Assembly: GCA_018221205.1 (NCBI GenBank)
Contig: JAAOYF010000045.1
Location: 3,264-67,263, forward strand
DNA length: 64,000 nt
Source of the DNA: Candidatus Woesearchaeota archaeon
GTDB taxonomy: Archaea > Nanobdellota > Nanobdellia > Woesearchaeales > WJIZ01
Direction: 5' to 3'
Shown: positions 56,152 through 64,000 of the stretch, piece by piece
How the letters are laid out: each line of letters starts with the position of its first letter
How positions within the stretch are numbered: the first letter of the stretch is position 1
Made by a program: the position numbers and the translations under genes
Notes under the pieces: generated by a model
The model's input: the letters and a program-made list of their open reading frames with translations, nothing else
The model's database searches: none
Told to the model about the DNA's origin: nothing

Positions 56152-57036
56152 TTACTCTTTGGTGCCTTGGAATGCAAGCAGGTCTTCTGTCGTCAGTTTC
56201 ATCCTTTTCTTTATCTTCTCTTCGACAGAGAGCTTCTTCTCTTCAAGCGCTTTTTCTTTCTTCTTCTCTGATTCTTTTCTTGAATCATGCTTATGTATCG
56301 AGAGCTTTTCGTTCAATTGCTTCAGTTCAGTGAGCCTCTCTTTCAAGGCGTCATTCAGCTCGTTGAATTTCTTTTTCTGCTCGACGAATTGTTTGAACTC
56401 TTCCTCTTCCTTGGCCTTCATATCATCAATATCCTTGGAAGCGCTTATGAGCGTCTCATGCCTGCCTTGGCTCTCTTTGGCGATGTTCTGGATCTTCTTA
56501 TGGCTTTCCTGGGCGACACGCTTCTTTTCGTCGGTCTCTTTCGAAAGCTCTTGGATCTGCTTGACGATGCCTGACACTACTTCCGCTTCCTTGAACTTCT
56601 TCTTCAGATCCTTGATCTGTTTCATCAGGCCTTTCTCCTTCTCAAAGGACATAGGCTCTGTCTCGATCTTCAATTCCATCTCAGCAATCTGCTTGACGAT
56701 CTGAGTAGGGTCTTTTATCTTGTGCTTTCTCAATACCTCATCCCGTTTTTTCTCGAGATCCTTTATTTTAGTGACTGATTCTTTGACCTGGACATTTTTT
56801 TTATTCCTGTCGACTTTCTGCTTCCTCACCTTATTTGTCAACGTATCACGTTCAGATCTGCTTTCCTTTATCTCAGAAATCAAACTTGCAATGCGCTCAG
56901 AAATCTCTGTTTTCTTCTTATAATGGTGCTCTTTTTTATCGTTGATGCTATTTAACTCAGCCTGGAGCTGAGAAATTTCCTTTCTTTTCTCCGAGATTCT
57001 TTTGAGGGTCTCTTTTCTCTCTTCAACTGTCAGCAT
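56152..57036 (-). CDS. K/E-rich coiled-coil protein.
   Basis: 294 aa of heptad-like charged repeats. No enzymatic motif. Confidence 0.45.
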   Translation of the reverse strand: MLTVEERKETLKRISEKRKEISQLQAELNSINDKKEHHYKKKTEISERIASLISEIKESRSERDTLTNKVRKQKVDRNKKNVQVKESVTKIKDLEKKRDEVLRKHKIKDPTQIVKQIAEMELKIETEPMSFEKEKGLMKQIKDLKKKFKEAEVVSGIVKQIQELSKETDEKKRVAQESHKKIQNIAKESQGRHETLISASKDIDDMKAKEEEEFKQFVEQKKKFNELNDALKERLTELKQLNEKLSIHKHDSRKESEKKKEKALEEKKLSVEEKIKKRMKLTTEDLLAFQGTKE

Positions 57037-57067
57037 ATGGTGTCACTTCATAGTAAAATAGGGTGCC

Positions 57068-57373
57068 TTATCCAAATAAGGCGCCCAATCCGGCAGCAGC
57101 CTGCTCTTCAGACTTCTTATCGTCTGCTGCCTTCTCCTTCTTCTCTGCTGGTTTGTCAGCAGCGGCAGGAGCAGCGGCAGGAGCAGCGGCAACAGCTACA
57201 GAAGCTTTTTCGATCGCTTCATCGATGTTAACGCCTTCGAGGCTGGCCACCAAGGCCTTTACACGGGCATCATCTGTTTTGACGCCTGCACTTTCAAGCA
57301 CTTTTTTGACAGTGGCTTCATCAACTTTGCCACCTGCTTTGTGGATCAACATTGCTGCATATATATATTCCAT
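57068..57373 (-). CDS. rpl12e: Acidic ribosomal stalk protein P1 (L12e).
   Basis: [15 protein letters not shown], an Ala-rich hinge, and the C-terminal GLGALFG. Confidence 0.9.
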   Translation of the reverse strand: MEYIYAAMLIHKAGGKVDEATVKKVLESAGVKTDDARVKALVASLEGVNIDEAIEKASVAVAAAPAAAPAAADKPAEKKEKAADDKKSEEQAAAGLGALFG

Positions 57374-57387
57374 TTTAATACCTCCAA

Positions 57388-58434
57388 TTAGGATTGTTCC
57401 TTTGTTTCTTTTTTCTCCTCAGGCTTATCAGCCTTTGGCTCTTCTTTCTTCTCCTCTGATCTCTCTTCAGTCTTCTCCTGGGCCTCGGGTTTCTGCTCTT
57501 TTGGAGCTTCTTCCTTTTTTGGCTCTTCTTTCGGAGTTTCAGGTTTGGGCTCTTCTTTCGGAGCCTCTTCCTTAGGAGCATCAGGGATATTAGCTGTCTG
57601 CTTTAATGATTGCATCTGGTTTTCTGCTTTAGCGAGTAACTCTGCTGTCACTGCATCAGCCATGAAATTCGCCTCTAAAGCGAGTGCTTTAGAATCTCTG
57701 AATGCCTTTGCGACAAGCTCTGGCATCAGTTCCTTTGTCAGATGGCCAATGTCCATAGCAAGATTCCTTGCCCAGCTAGCTGCTTGCTGTAGATCGGCCA
57801 TGAATCGATCTTCATCAACATCCAATACTTTTCGATCATAAATCGTTCCTGCCTCATAGATCCCTGTTATGTCCAAACCGATCTCCATGGGCTTGATGTC
57901 GAGCCTTGCCAAGACGCTCGCGACATTTGCCTGGATCACTTCGCCTTCCTTGACAACGACAGAATCTTCTTTGATGGCGACCTTTCCGTTTTCCACGCCT
58001 GTCTTGATGCCTATCTGGCCCAGCTCTCCGATAATGGGGCCGGGCATGAATGGGGTGGTGCCTGCCTTGACCATGATGTCTTTCGGAGCCTTCTGTCCTG
58101 CTTTGGCAACGGCTGGAGATTTTGACTTCTTGATTATCTTGTAAATAGCAAAGGGGTTTTCTTTCGTGAATAAAAGTGCGGGCATGCCATCCAAGCGTTC
58201 AACAAGGGTGTTGATGCCTTTTTTTGATTTCTCAGCCTCTTCGAACGCTAATTTCATCAATCTTCGCTTTGCCATGAATATCTCTGCTTTTCCTCTTAGC
58301 TTGGCACGCATGGTCTGGACAGCGCTTGCAGGCAGATTCTCCATGTTGACAGCGCCGATTATAGGAGCATCTACAATAAGCTTCACGAGCTTCTTTACCA
58401 GCTCTTTCTTATACGATGCTGCTTTTGTTTTCAT
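57388..58434 (-). CDS. rplP0: Ribosomal stalk protein P0 (L10e) with a K/E/P-rich tail.
   Basis: The N-terminal L10 domain and a C-terminal low-complexity extension. Confidence 0.9.
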   Translation of the reverse strand: MKTKAASYKKELVKKLVKLIVDAPIIGAVNMENLPASAVQTMRAKLRGKAEIFMAKRRLMKLAFEEAEKSKKGINTLVERLDGMPALLFTKENPFAIYKIIKKSKSPAVAKAGQKAPKDIMVKAGTTPFMPGPIIGELGQIGIKTGVENGKVAIKEDSVVVKEGEVIQANVASVLARLDIKPMEIGLDITGIYEAGTIYDRKVLDVDEDRFMADLQQAASWARNLAMDIGHLTKELMPELVAKAFRDSKALALEANFMADAVTAELLAKAENQMQSLKQTANIPDAPKEEAPKEEPKPETPKEEPKKEEAPKEQKPEAQEKTEERSEEKKEEPKADKPEEKKETKEQS

Positions 58435-59251
58435 CTTCGGTTTCAGGCTTTGATTCTATGTTAGGAGCAGGTTTTTCTTCAGGTTTGGCCTTTACTTCTT
58501 TCTTAGGTTTTGTCTCGGGATCGGCCTTTGCTTTCTTCTTAGGAGTAGGTTTTTTCTTAGGCTTCTCCTTCGGTGCTTCTTTCTCTTGCGGCTTATACTC
58601 TTCGCCTACTTTGAACGCCTGGCCCATGGTCATCTTCAGATAGACTTCCCGGATGTTATGGATATCACTAGGAAGGGCGTGGACCAATGCATTGTAGAGT
58701 GTCATGATATTATCTATGATATGTTCTTCATCCATCTCCTCTGTCCCTACGCGAGACTGGAAGATTGGAGCAGCATCTATCCGTATCCTGACTGTCTTCT
58801 GCAGCTTTTCTGCTACAGCCTGTAGGTTCGCATTAGGGGGAACGACACAGCCTGCTTTTGGATTAGGCATCTTTCCTCTCGGACCCAATGACCTACCGAA
58901 GGATGTAGCTACCTGAGGCATGATATTTGCCTGCGCCACAAAGAATGTATGTTCTTTAGCAAGCTTTTTCAGCACTTTCTTATCACTGAATTTTGAGAAA
59001 TCAGTTGCTGTGATAGACTTATCGAAATGCTTTTCAGCCTGATCCTTCAATTCTGGACCGACTAATCCGCAGATCTTGGTCTTCTTTCCTGTGCTGAAAT
59101 GGAGCTGGGCAAAGACATCTACCTTGTTATCCTGTTTCTTCAGATCAATGTCTTTGAGATTAACGACTATGTCTATGCTCTGCTTGAAATTCCGTTTAGG
59201 AGAATTATCTTTGATGATCTTTAAGGTCTGTTTTACTTGTGCTTTATCCAT
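58409..59251 (-). CDS. rpl1: Ribosomal protein L1 with a K/P/E-rich tail.
   Basis: L1 core followed by about 60 aa of KPxEK repeats. Confidence 0.9.
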   Translation of the reverse strand: MDKAQVKQTLKIIKDNSPKRNFKQSIDIVVNLKDIDLKKQDNKVDVFAQLHFSTGKKTKICGLVGPELKDQAEKHFDKSITATDFSKFSDKKVLKKLAKEHTFFVAQANIMPQVATSFGRSLGPRGKMPNPKAGCVVPPNANLQAVAEKLQKTVRIRIDAAPIFQSRVGTEEMDEEHIIDNIMTLYNALVHALPSDIHNIREVYLKMTMGQAFKVGEEYKPQEKEAPKEKPKKKPTPKKKAKADPETKPKKEVKAKPEEKPAPNIESKPETEDENKSSIV

Positions 59252-59345
59252 CTTCTCGCCCCTGCTAGCTGCGTGCAGTTAGTTTACGGGTATTACTGCT
59301 CTAGTCAAGGATTGAGAAGGGGTATATAAAGATTACGGATAAGGA

Positions 59346-59696
59346 TTAGAGGTATGGTTGAATATTCTTATGGGCTTCTCGGATTAACTCTGGACGACAT
59401 TCTCCATATGTAAATCCTGTTAAGGCTTCTGCGTCTCGAATGCCCAAAAATGACCATGCAAAGCGTGCTACTGCCTCTTGATAAGGATCATATGAACTTG
59501 TAGAAACATAACTTATGCCCCTGAGACCTTCGATAGCTTCATCCACGAATCTGTTCAAAATCATGCGATCCCCTGTAGAAAGATGCATCCGAAATCCATT
59601 TCTCACTAGAAGGTATGCTTTTCTCTTGAATTCTGATCTATATCTGCATGCTATTGCATGGATATCAATTTTCCTCACAAAACCTTCTAAGTCCAT
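59346..59696 (-). CDS. Hypothetical protein of 116 aa, lysine-poor.
   Basis: ORF preceded by a TATA-containing 25-nt element that is repeated upstream of the next gene. Confidence 0.45.
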   Translation of the reverse strand: MDLEGFVRKIDIHAIACRYRSEFKRKAYLLVRNGFRMHLSTGDRMILNRFVDEAIEGLRGISYVSTSSYDPYQEAVARFAWSFLGIRDAEALTGFTYGECRPELIREAHKNIQPYL

Positions 59697-59703
59697 AGTC
59701 GAG

Positions 59704-59728
59704 AAGAATGAATATCAGTATATAAAAT
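59704..59728 (-). promoter_or_regulatory. A 25-nt element AAGAATGAATATCAGTATATAAAAT (plus strand), copy 1. It contains a TATA box about 28 nt upstream of the 116-aa gene start.
   Basis: An exact second copy lies at 61502-61526. On the minus strand it reads ATTTTATATACTGATATTCATTCTT. Confidence 0.55.
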
Positions 59729-61452
59729 CAGGTGGCATATTGAACAAAATTCTTCTGTAAGAATGCTGAGACTTTTTCATCGCCGAGTCTGTCTGTTATT
59801 CTTTTTGCGCCTAGTGCAGATGTTAAATCTGCTTTTACAGTATCTCGTCTTGCATCTGCTATATCCAGAAATGCTAATCCGACAGCATATTGTCGGATTT
59901 CTGTTGGAGCTTCTTGTTCTTTTTCAAAATCGAAAATTGGAGTAGGGTCATCTATATTGTACAGGTACTCAGCACCATTTTCTAGTCTGTGTTCTGCAAT
60001 TCTTTCATAAATACTTGGTGCGGCTGATCTAGGATCCCAATCGTGAGCAGCGAGGATAACATGTACTGGATCAACATCTTCTCTTTTTACATCACTCTCT
60101 TTAAAGGGACCCCAATATGAATCGACTAGTCTTTCTACATAATGTATTAGATTACTATCACCATCAAGCCTTTGAACTAAATCCTTAAATCCGTCTAACT
60201 CCATCAATTCATGGGCTATCATAGTTTTGCCCATAAACCGATATCGATTTCCGCGTTCTTCTGATCGTGCTGCTTCTGCCCTTCTTTCATCTCTTCGTGA
60301 TTGGTACGTTTTATACTCTGAATCGATAGCCTGTAGGCTTCTTTTATCTCCTAATGATCCATATGCTTCTTTTACAAAATTGACTCCTGTATGCAAGTAA
60401 AAAGAGTCTCCTCCCTCTTTCATCACTTGTTGAGCGTGCTGATGGGTCCTGATAGCTGCACTCCTAAGCGTTTCACCCTCTAAGTCCATCAAGATACGCT
60501 TGAAATGCGCAGATTCCATAAGGATTAATCCATCTGCGTCTGTCATCTTCTCATGCAATCGTGTTAAGACTTTTTCATAATCAAATTCAGTCTGAGTTGC
60601 TACTCGCAATGCATATTCCCAGGCATATCTCCCTTTTTCCCCTAGTTGCCTTGCTATCTTGACGACTTCTTCTTTGACTTTTTCATCCATCTTTAATGCA
60701 CTTTCTGCATATACCTCAGCCAAAGTGTACATTTTTCTTTCTATAAGGTGGTGTGAAATAGCAATATAATCAGTAGCAGTTTGCTCTAGCGTTGGCTTAA
60801 TTCTCTGAAGAATCTCAGCGACTGGTGCCTTATCATAAGTGCTCGGGTAGGCGAACCAATTACATAATAGATCTTCACTACGCATCCAAAGCATTTCTCT
60901 ATTTTGAACAGACACTCCTGGCTCCCTTCCTAATTTTTCAAAGAATTTCAAAGCTTGATTTAATGCCTCTGGAGATGGATGGTCTTCCATGTAAGTTTGT
61001 GCTATCTCTGCACGACGGTCATCATCAATATCTTCTGTTTGTTCAAATAGGGATATGATTGTTTCGAGAGGTTTGTAGGATATTACACCATTTTCCCATT
61101 GTGGATGGAGAAAATCATGAGCGATTTCTTTTACCTTATCTTTTCTTCCGATTTGTGAAAATATTTCGGCCTGATATTCCTTATGTACTGCTGATATCCT
61201 CTGTACAGCGACCTCTTTGGCTTCTTCTGGAAGGAGTGCATATAACGCACCGATTCTTTCAGCAACAAAATCAATGGCTATTCCTCCTTGAGAGAGTCGT
61301 TCTACGAGATAATTAATGCCATGTTGAGCGATTCCAGTTCGTTCATCTTCATCAAACATAGAAAGATCTGGAGCAGTTTTTATATCGCCTGCCCTCTTCA
61401 CAGCTGATGCTGCAGCACCCATGGTCTGGAGTAAAAACTTTGGTATAGTCAT
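59728..61452 (-). CDS. Hypothetical alpha-helical protein of about 575 aa, Arg-rich and Lys-poor.
   Basis: Long ORF. The track start at 61461 is a TTG; the first ATG is at 61452. A GAGGAG Shine-Dalgarno-like element lies upstream. Confidence 0.5.
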   Translation of the reverse strand: MTIPKFLLQTMGAAASAVKRAGDIKTAPDLSMFDEDERTGIAQHGINYLVERLSQGGIAIDFVAERIGALYALLPEEAKEVAVQRISAVHKEYQAEIFSQIGRKDKVKEIAHDFLHPQWENGVISYKPLETIISLFEQTEDIDDDRRAEIAQTYMEDHPSPEALNQALKFFEKLGREPGVSVQNREMLWMRSEDLLCNWFAYPSTYDKAPVAEILQRIKPTLEQTATDYIAISHHLIERKMYTLAEVYAESALKMDEKVKEEVVKIARQLGEKGRYAWEYALRVATQTEFDYEKVLTRLHEKMTDADGLILMESAHFKRILMDLEGETLRSAAIRTHQHAQQVMKEGGDSFYLHTGVNFVKEAYGSLGDKRSLQAIDSEYKTYQSRRDERRAEAARSEERGNRYRFMGKTMIAHELMELDGFKDLVQRLDGDSNLIHYVERLVDSYWGPFKESDVKREDVDPVHVILAAHDWDPRSAAPSIYERIAEHRLENGAEYLYNIDDPTPIFDFEKEQEAPTEIRQYAVGLAFLDIADARRDTVKADLTSALGAKRITDRLGDEKVSAFLQKNFVQYAT

Positions 61453-61501
61453 ATGTATCAAACTCCTCAGAAATCTGAGGTTTTACCCTCTTTTTTAACG
61501 C

Positions 61502-61526
61502 AAGAATGAATATCAGTATATAAAAT
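61502..61526 (-). promoter_or_regulatory. The same 25-nt TATA-containing element, copy 2, upstream of the 575-aa gene.
   Basis: Exact repeat of 59704-59728. Confidence 0.55.
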
Positions 61527-61533
61527 TACTGAA

Positions 61534-62280
61534 CTATAATTTAAACACGTCTAATGGTTCTGGCAGAATCACTTTTATCGTGGAATCTTTCATCGCTTTC
61601 TTGATCTCTTCTTTCTTATCTCTGCGGCAGCTTCTATGGATATGAGTCAATGCTAATGCTCGAATCTTTCTTCTCTCTGCCATCTCGATTGTTTTCTTGA
61701 TCGATGAATGGCCTTGCTTTTCCTGTTCGAAGAAAAACGTCTCCTGGATCAATAGATCGCAGTTCTCATAGAGCTTCTCTGTCTCTGGGGTAAATTGGCC
61801 ATCGCCGGAATAGCAGACAGAATGCTTATTGTCAGTCACCCTTACTGCAAGATTAGGGACAGGATGGATAGTAGGGGCAAAGGTCAATTTCAGCTCGTTC
61901 AACGTGAGATCCTCTCCTGCTTGCACTTCGATGATGCTGAAAGGAAAAGTAAATCGTTCTTGCAGTTTGCTATAGCCTAATTTTATTATCTCTTCGATGA
62001 GCTTCTTTACCCCTTTTTGGCAGACTATGGTCAGTTTTTTTGTTCTCTGCTCTTCTGCCATCCTCACCAGTAAGGCTGGCAGGCCAAAATAATGGTCTGC
62101 ATGCCTATGGGAGATGTAGATCGCGTCAAGAAAATCTCTCTCGTCAGTATACTTCCATAATTGCCTCGGTACGGAATAGCCGCAGTCTAAAAGAAGATTA
62201 GTCTTTGAATGGATAAGATGAGAATTATTCGGAAAGCGTTCATCAGCTGCCTCTCCTACACCGATATGGATTAGTTTCAT
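61534..62280 (-). CDS. Metallo-beta-lactamase-fold hydrolase.
   Basis: The HRHADHYFGL (HxHxDH) motif. Confidence 0.7.
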   Translation of the reverse strand: MKLIHIGVGEAADERFPNNSHLIHSKTNLLLDCGYSVPRQLWKYTDERDFLDAIYISHRHADHYFGLPALLVRMAEEQRTKKLTIVCQKGVKKLIEEIIKLGYSKLQERFTFPFSIIEVQAGEDLTLNELKLTFAPTIHPVPNLAVRVTDNKHSVCYSGDGQFTPETEKLYENCDLLIQETFFFEQEKQGHSSIKKTIEMAERRKIRALALTHIHRSCRRDKKEEIKKAMKDSTIKVILPEPLDVFKL

Positions 62281-63362
62281 CCTGCTAGAGAAGGGATGGG
62301 GATATATATAGGTTTTCTTCTTTCCAATTGATTATATATCACCCCCACAATACTTTCTACTCCATTTTCTGGATGATAGGTATTCAATGGCAAAACAGTC
62401 CGCGGATTTCCAAACCTTTCGAGAGCATTACTAAGTTCTCTTTGCAGCTCTTCTTTGTTTTTTGCGATAGGCACCCGAGATTCAAATACATCTGCCCTTA
62501 TTGTATCACCCGGCCATGGCTGATAGCTCACACCAGGCACATCCGCAATACTTGCGTCAAGAAGTGTTGTTGAATAGGAACTTACAGCAACATCAGAGTT
62601 TGCAATGATAGTTATACAATCCCCTTGAACAAAGGGTATCCCTTCTGATCTGGCTCTTTCGAAGTGAGATTCGTTTGATTGTCCATGTTTCTTTATCTGA
62701 AACTTCACTTCTTGACCTAACCTTCTTATTGCATCCATAACCCCATCAAGAAATTGGCCTTGAGAATAAGGGCCTATTCTCAGAATCCCTCTTTCATAGT
62801 CAAGCTCGAAAGGACAGTCAAGATAAGTGACTACTGGAGTTTCATTAGCAGTAGCTGAAGCTCTTTTAACTCTTTCATATACCCCATCGAAATGAGGATT
62901 TCCAACTTCAATGAATGCCTGCGGATCGATTCCATGATCCTGCATATACGTATGGGTCGCGGGGTCTGTTATCAGTATTTTTGTTGGTAGCAATAACTGC
63001 CCATCAAGACGTTCAGAGAATTTGGCTAAACCAATCTGCCCCCCCATATCGGGTATGAGCATAAGATAGGTCGTATCGAGCTCACGGCATAAGCGCATCA
63101 GGGTATTTTCTGAGGGTTCCCGATAGGATTTGCCGCTCAGTACGAGGTCTGCCTGTTCTACCAACTGTCTTGCTTCTTCTTCGAAGGAGGCTTCTATCAA
63201 TTGATAATCTATCCCCATCTGATCCAATGTTGCTGCTCCAAATCCATCGTTAATGACTAGAAGTTCAAGTGAGGTATCTTGGCGTAAGGTATCTATTACG
63301 GGTTTAAGAGCCCGAGCAGCTAAAACTTCGCTTAGTAAGATAAGAATTTTTTCTTTTGACAT
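62277..63362 (-). CDS. Two-Rossmann-domain (GT-B-like) protein, hypothetical.
   Basis: Overlaps the MBL gene (ATGA coupling). Alternating beta/alpha pattern in two halves. Family not secure. Confidence 0.35.
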   Translation of the reverse strand: MSKEKILILLSEVLAARALKPVIDTLRQDTSLELLVINDGFGAATLDQMGIDYQLIEASFEEEARQLVEQADLVLSGKSYREPSENTLMRLCRELDTTYLMLIPDMGGQIGLAKFSERLDGQLLLPTKILITDPATHTYMQDHGIDPQAFIEVGNPHFDGVYERVKRASATANETPVVTYLDCPFELDYERGILRIGPYSQGQFLDGVMDAIRRLGQEVKFQIKKHGQSNESHFERARSEGIPFVQGDCITIIANSDVAVSSYSTTLLDASIADVPGVSYQPWPGDTIRADVFESRVPIAKNKEELQRELSNALERFGNPRTVLPLNTYHPENGVESIVGVIYNQLERRKPIYIPIPSLAG

Positions 63363-63479
63363 GGTAACTCCGAACGTTAGATATGTCTAGCAGACTCATT
63401 ATTGATTTATATATTATATCTGAATTATTTTTGTAAAAACAGAATATTTTTATATAATAACTATAATATTACAAAGATA

Positions 63480-64000
63480 TGGATCAAATCTTCAGATTAT
63501 CGGGAAACGAGCTCTCTGTTCTCCGCCAATTGGAGTCAAACGCGCGGATGTCTTACTCGACAATCGGCAAGAAAACAAGAAAAAGCCAGCAGCGGGTAAG
63601 CTATGCTGTGGCATCAATGGTAAAGAAAGGCATCATCACAAAATTGTATCCGTTGATTGATTATGCCAAATTAGGAATCTTGAGCTTCCGGGTTTACTTC
63701 AAGCTCTCCTATAAAAGCGAGCGTGAAGTGAAGGAATTTGTCGATCATCTTGCTTCCCGGAACTTTACATACTGGATTGCCCATACTGGTGGAGTATATG
63801 ATTTAATTTGTACCTTCTTTTCACCGAATGTTTCGCAGTTTTATAAGAATTTACGTCGGGTTATGGCGACATTTCCTACACTCATCCGTGACTATGCTGT
63901 GCTTACCACAATCGTCACCAGGAGATTCGGCAGAAAATATCTCAGAGTCGATGATCCTTCGAAGATAATCTATCTCGGCGGTGATCGTCCGAGGGAAGAG
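63480..64000 (+). CDS. Lrp/AsnC-family HTH regulator. The 3' end lies outside the window.
   Basis: LSGNELSVLRQLESNARMSYSTIGKKTRKSQQRVSYAVASMVKKGII is HTH_AsnC-like. The frame is open to the window end. Confidence 0.65.

Noticed and set aside
56159-58453. Long plus-strand ORFs of 95-181 aa overlapping the coiled-coil, P1 and P0 genes.
   Set aside because: They are antisense to well-supported ribosomal and coiled-coil genes and are Ser/Phe/Leu-rich frame-shadow products.
1-64000. CRISPR arrays, integrases, transposases and IS elements.
   Set aside because: No regularly spaced direct repeats of 24-40 nt with unique spacers were seen. No DDE, tyrosine or serine recombinase motifs were recognised in any ORF.

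Overview
This window is archaeal chromosome with about 41% GC. It carries clear archaeal markers: ribosomal proteins S19e, L39e, L31e, L37e, L1, P0 and P1, an Sm protein, Cbf5, and three tRNAs with canonical-position introns. Many proteins have lysine/glutamate-rich tails, which fits a small-genome, possibly DPANN-like archaeon. Most of the window is housekeeping and metabolic genes: a large purine/pyrimidine supercluster (purB, purC, purE, pyrG, carAB, purSQL) interspersed with ndk, an IMPase and a NUDIX hydrolase; proA, folC, nadE/nadM, lipA/lplA, mgtE, a grpE-dnaK-dnaJ operon, and a minimal Rnf-like module. The regions that stand out are listed below.

- (a) An operon of four paralogous proteins of unrecognisable family plus a lipoprotein, translationally coupled (12098-14770). 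It has a palindrome-bearing promoter and sits just downstream of a duplicated nucleotidyltransferase gene.
- (b) A winged-helix regulator, a membrane-anchored HerA/VirB4-like ATPase, a pilin and small membrane proteins (36353-40318), with a prepilin peptidase nearby (41657-42511).
- (c) A lysine-poor gene block (59346-63362) in place of rpl11 upstream of the L1-P0-P1 operon, with an identical 25-nt TATA-containing upstream element before two of its genes.

No CRISPR array, integrase or transposase was seen.
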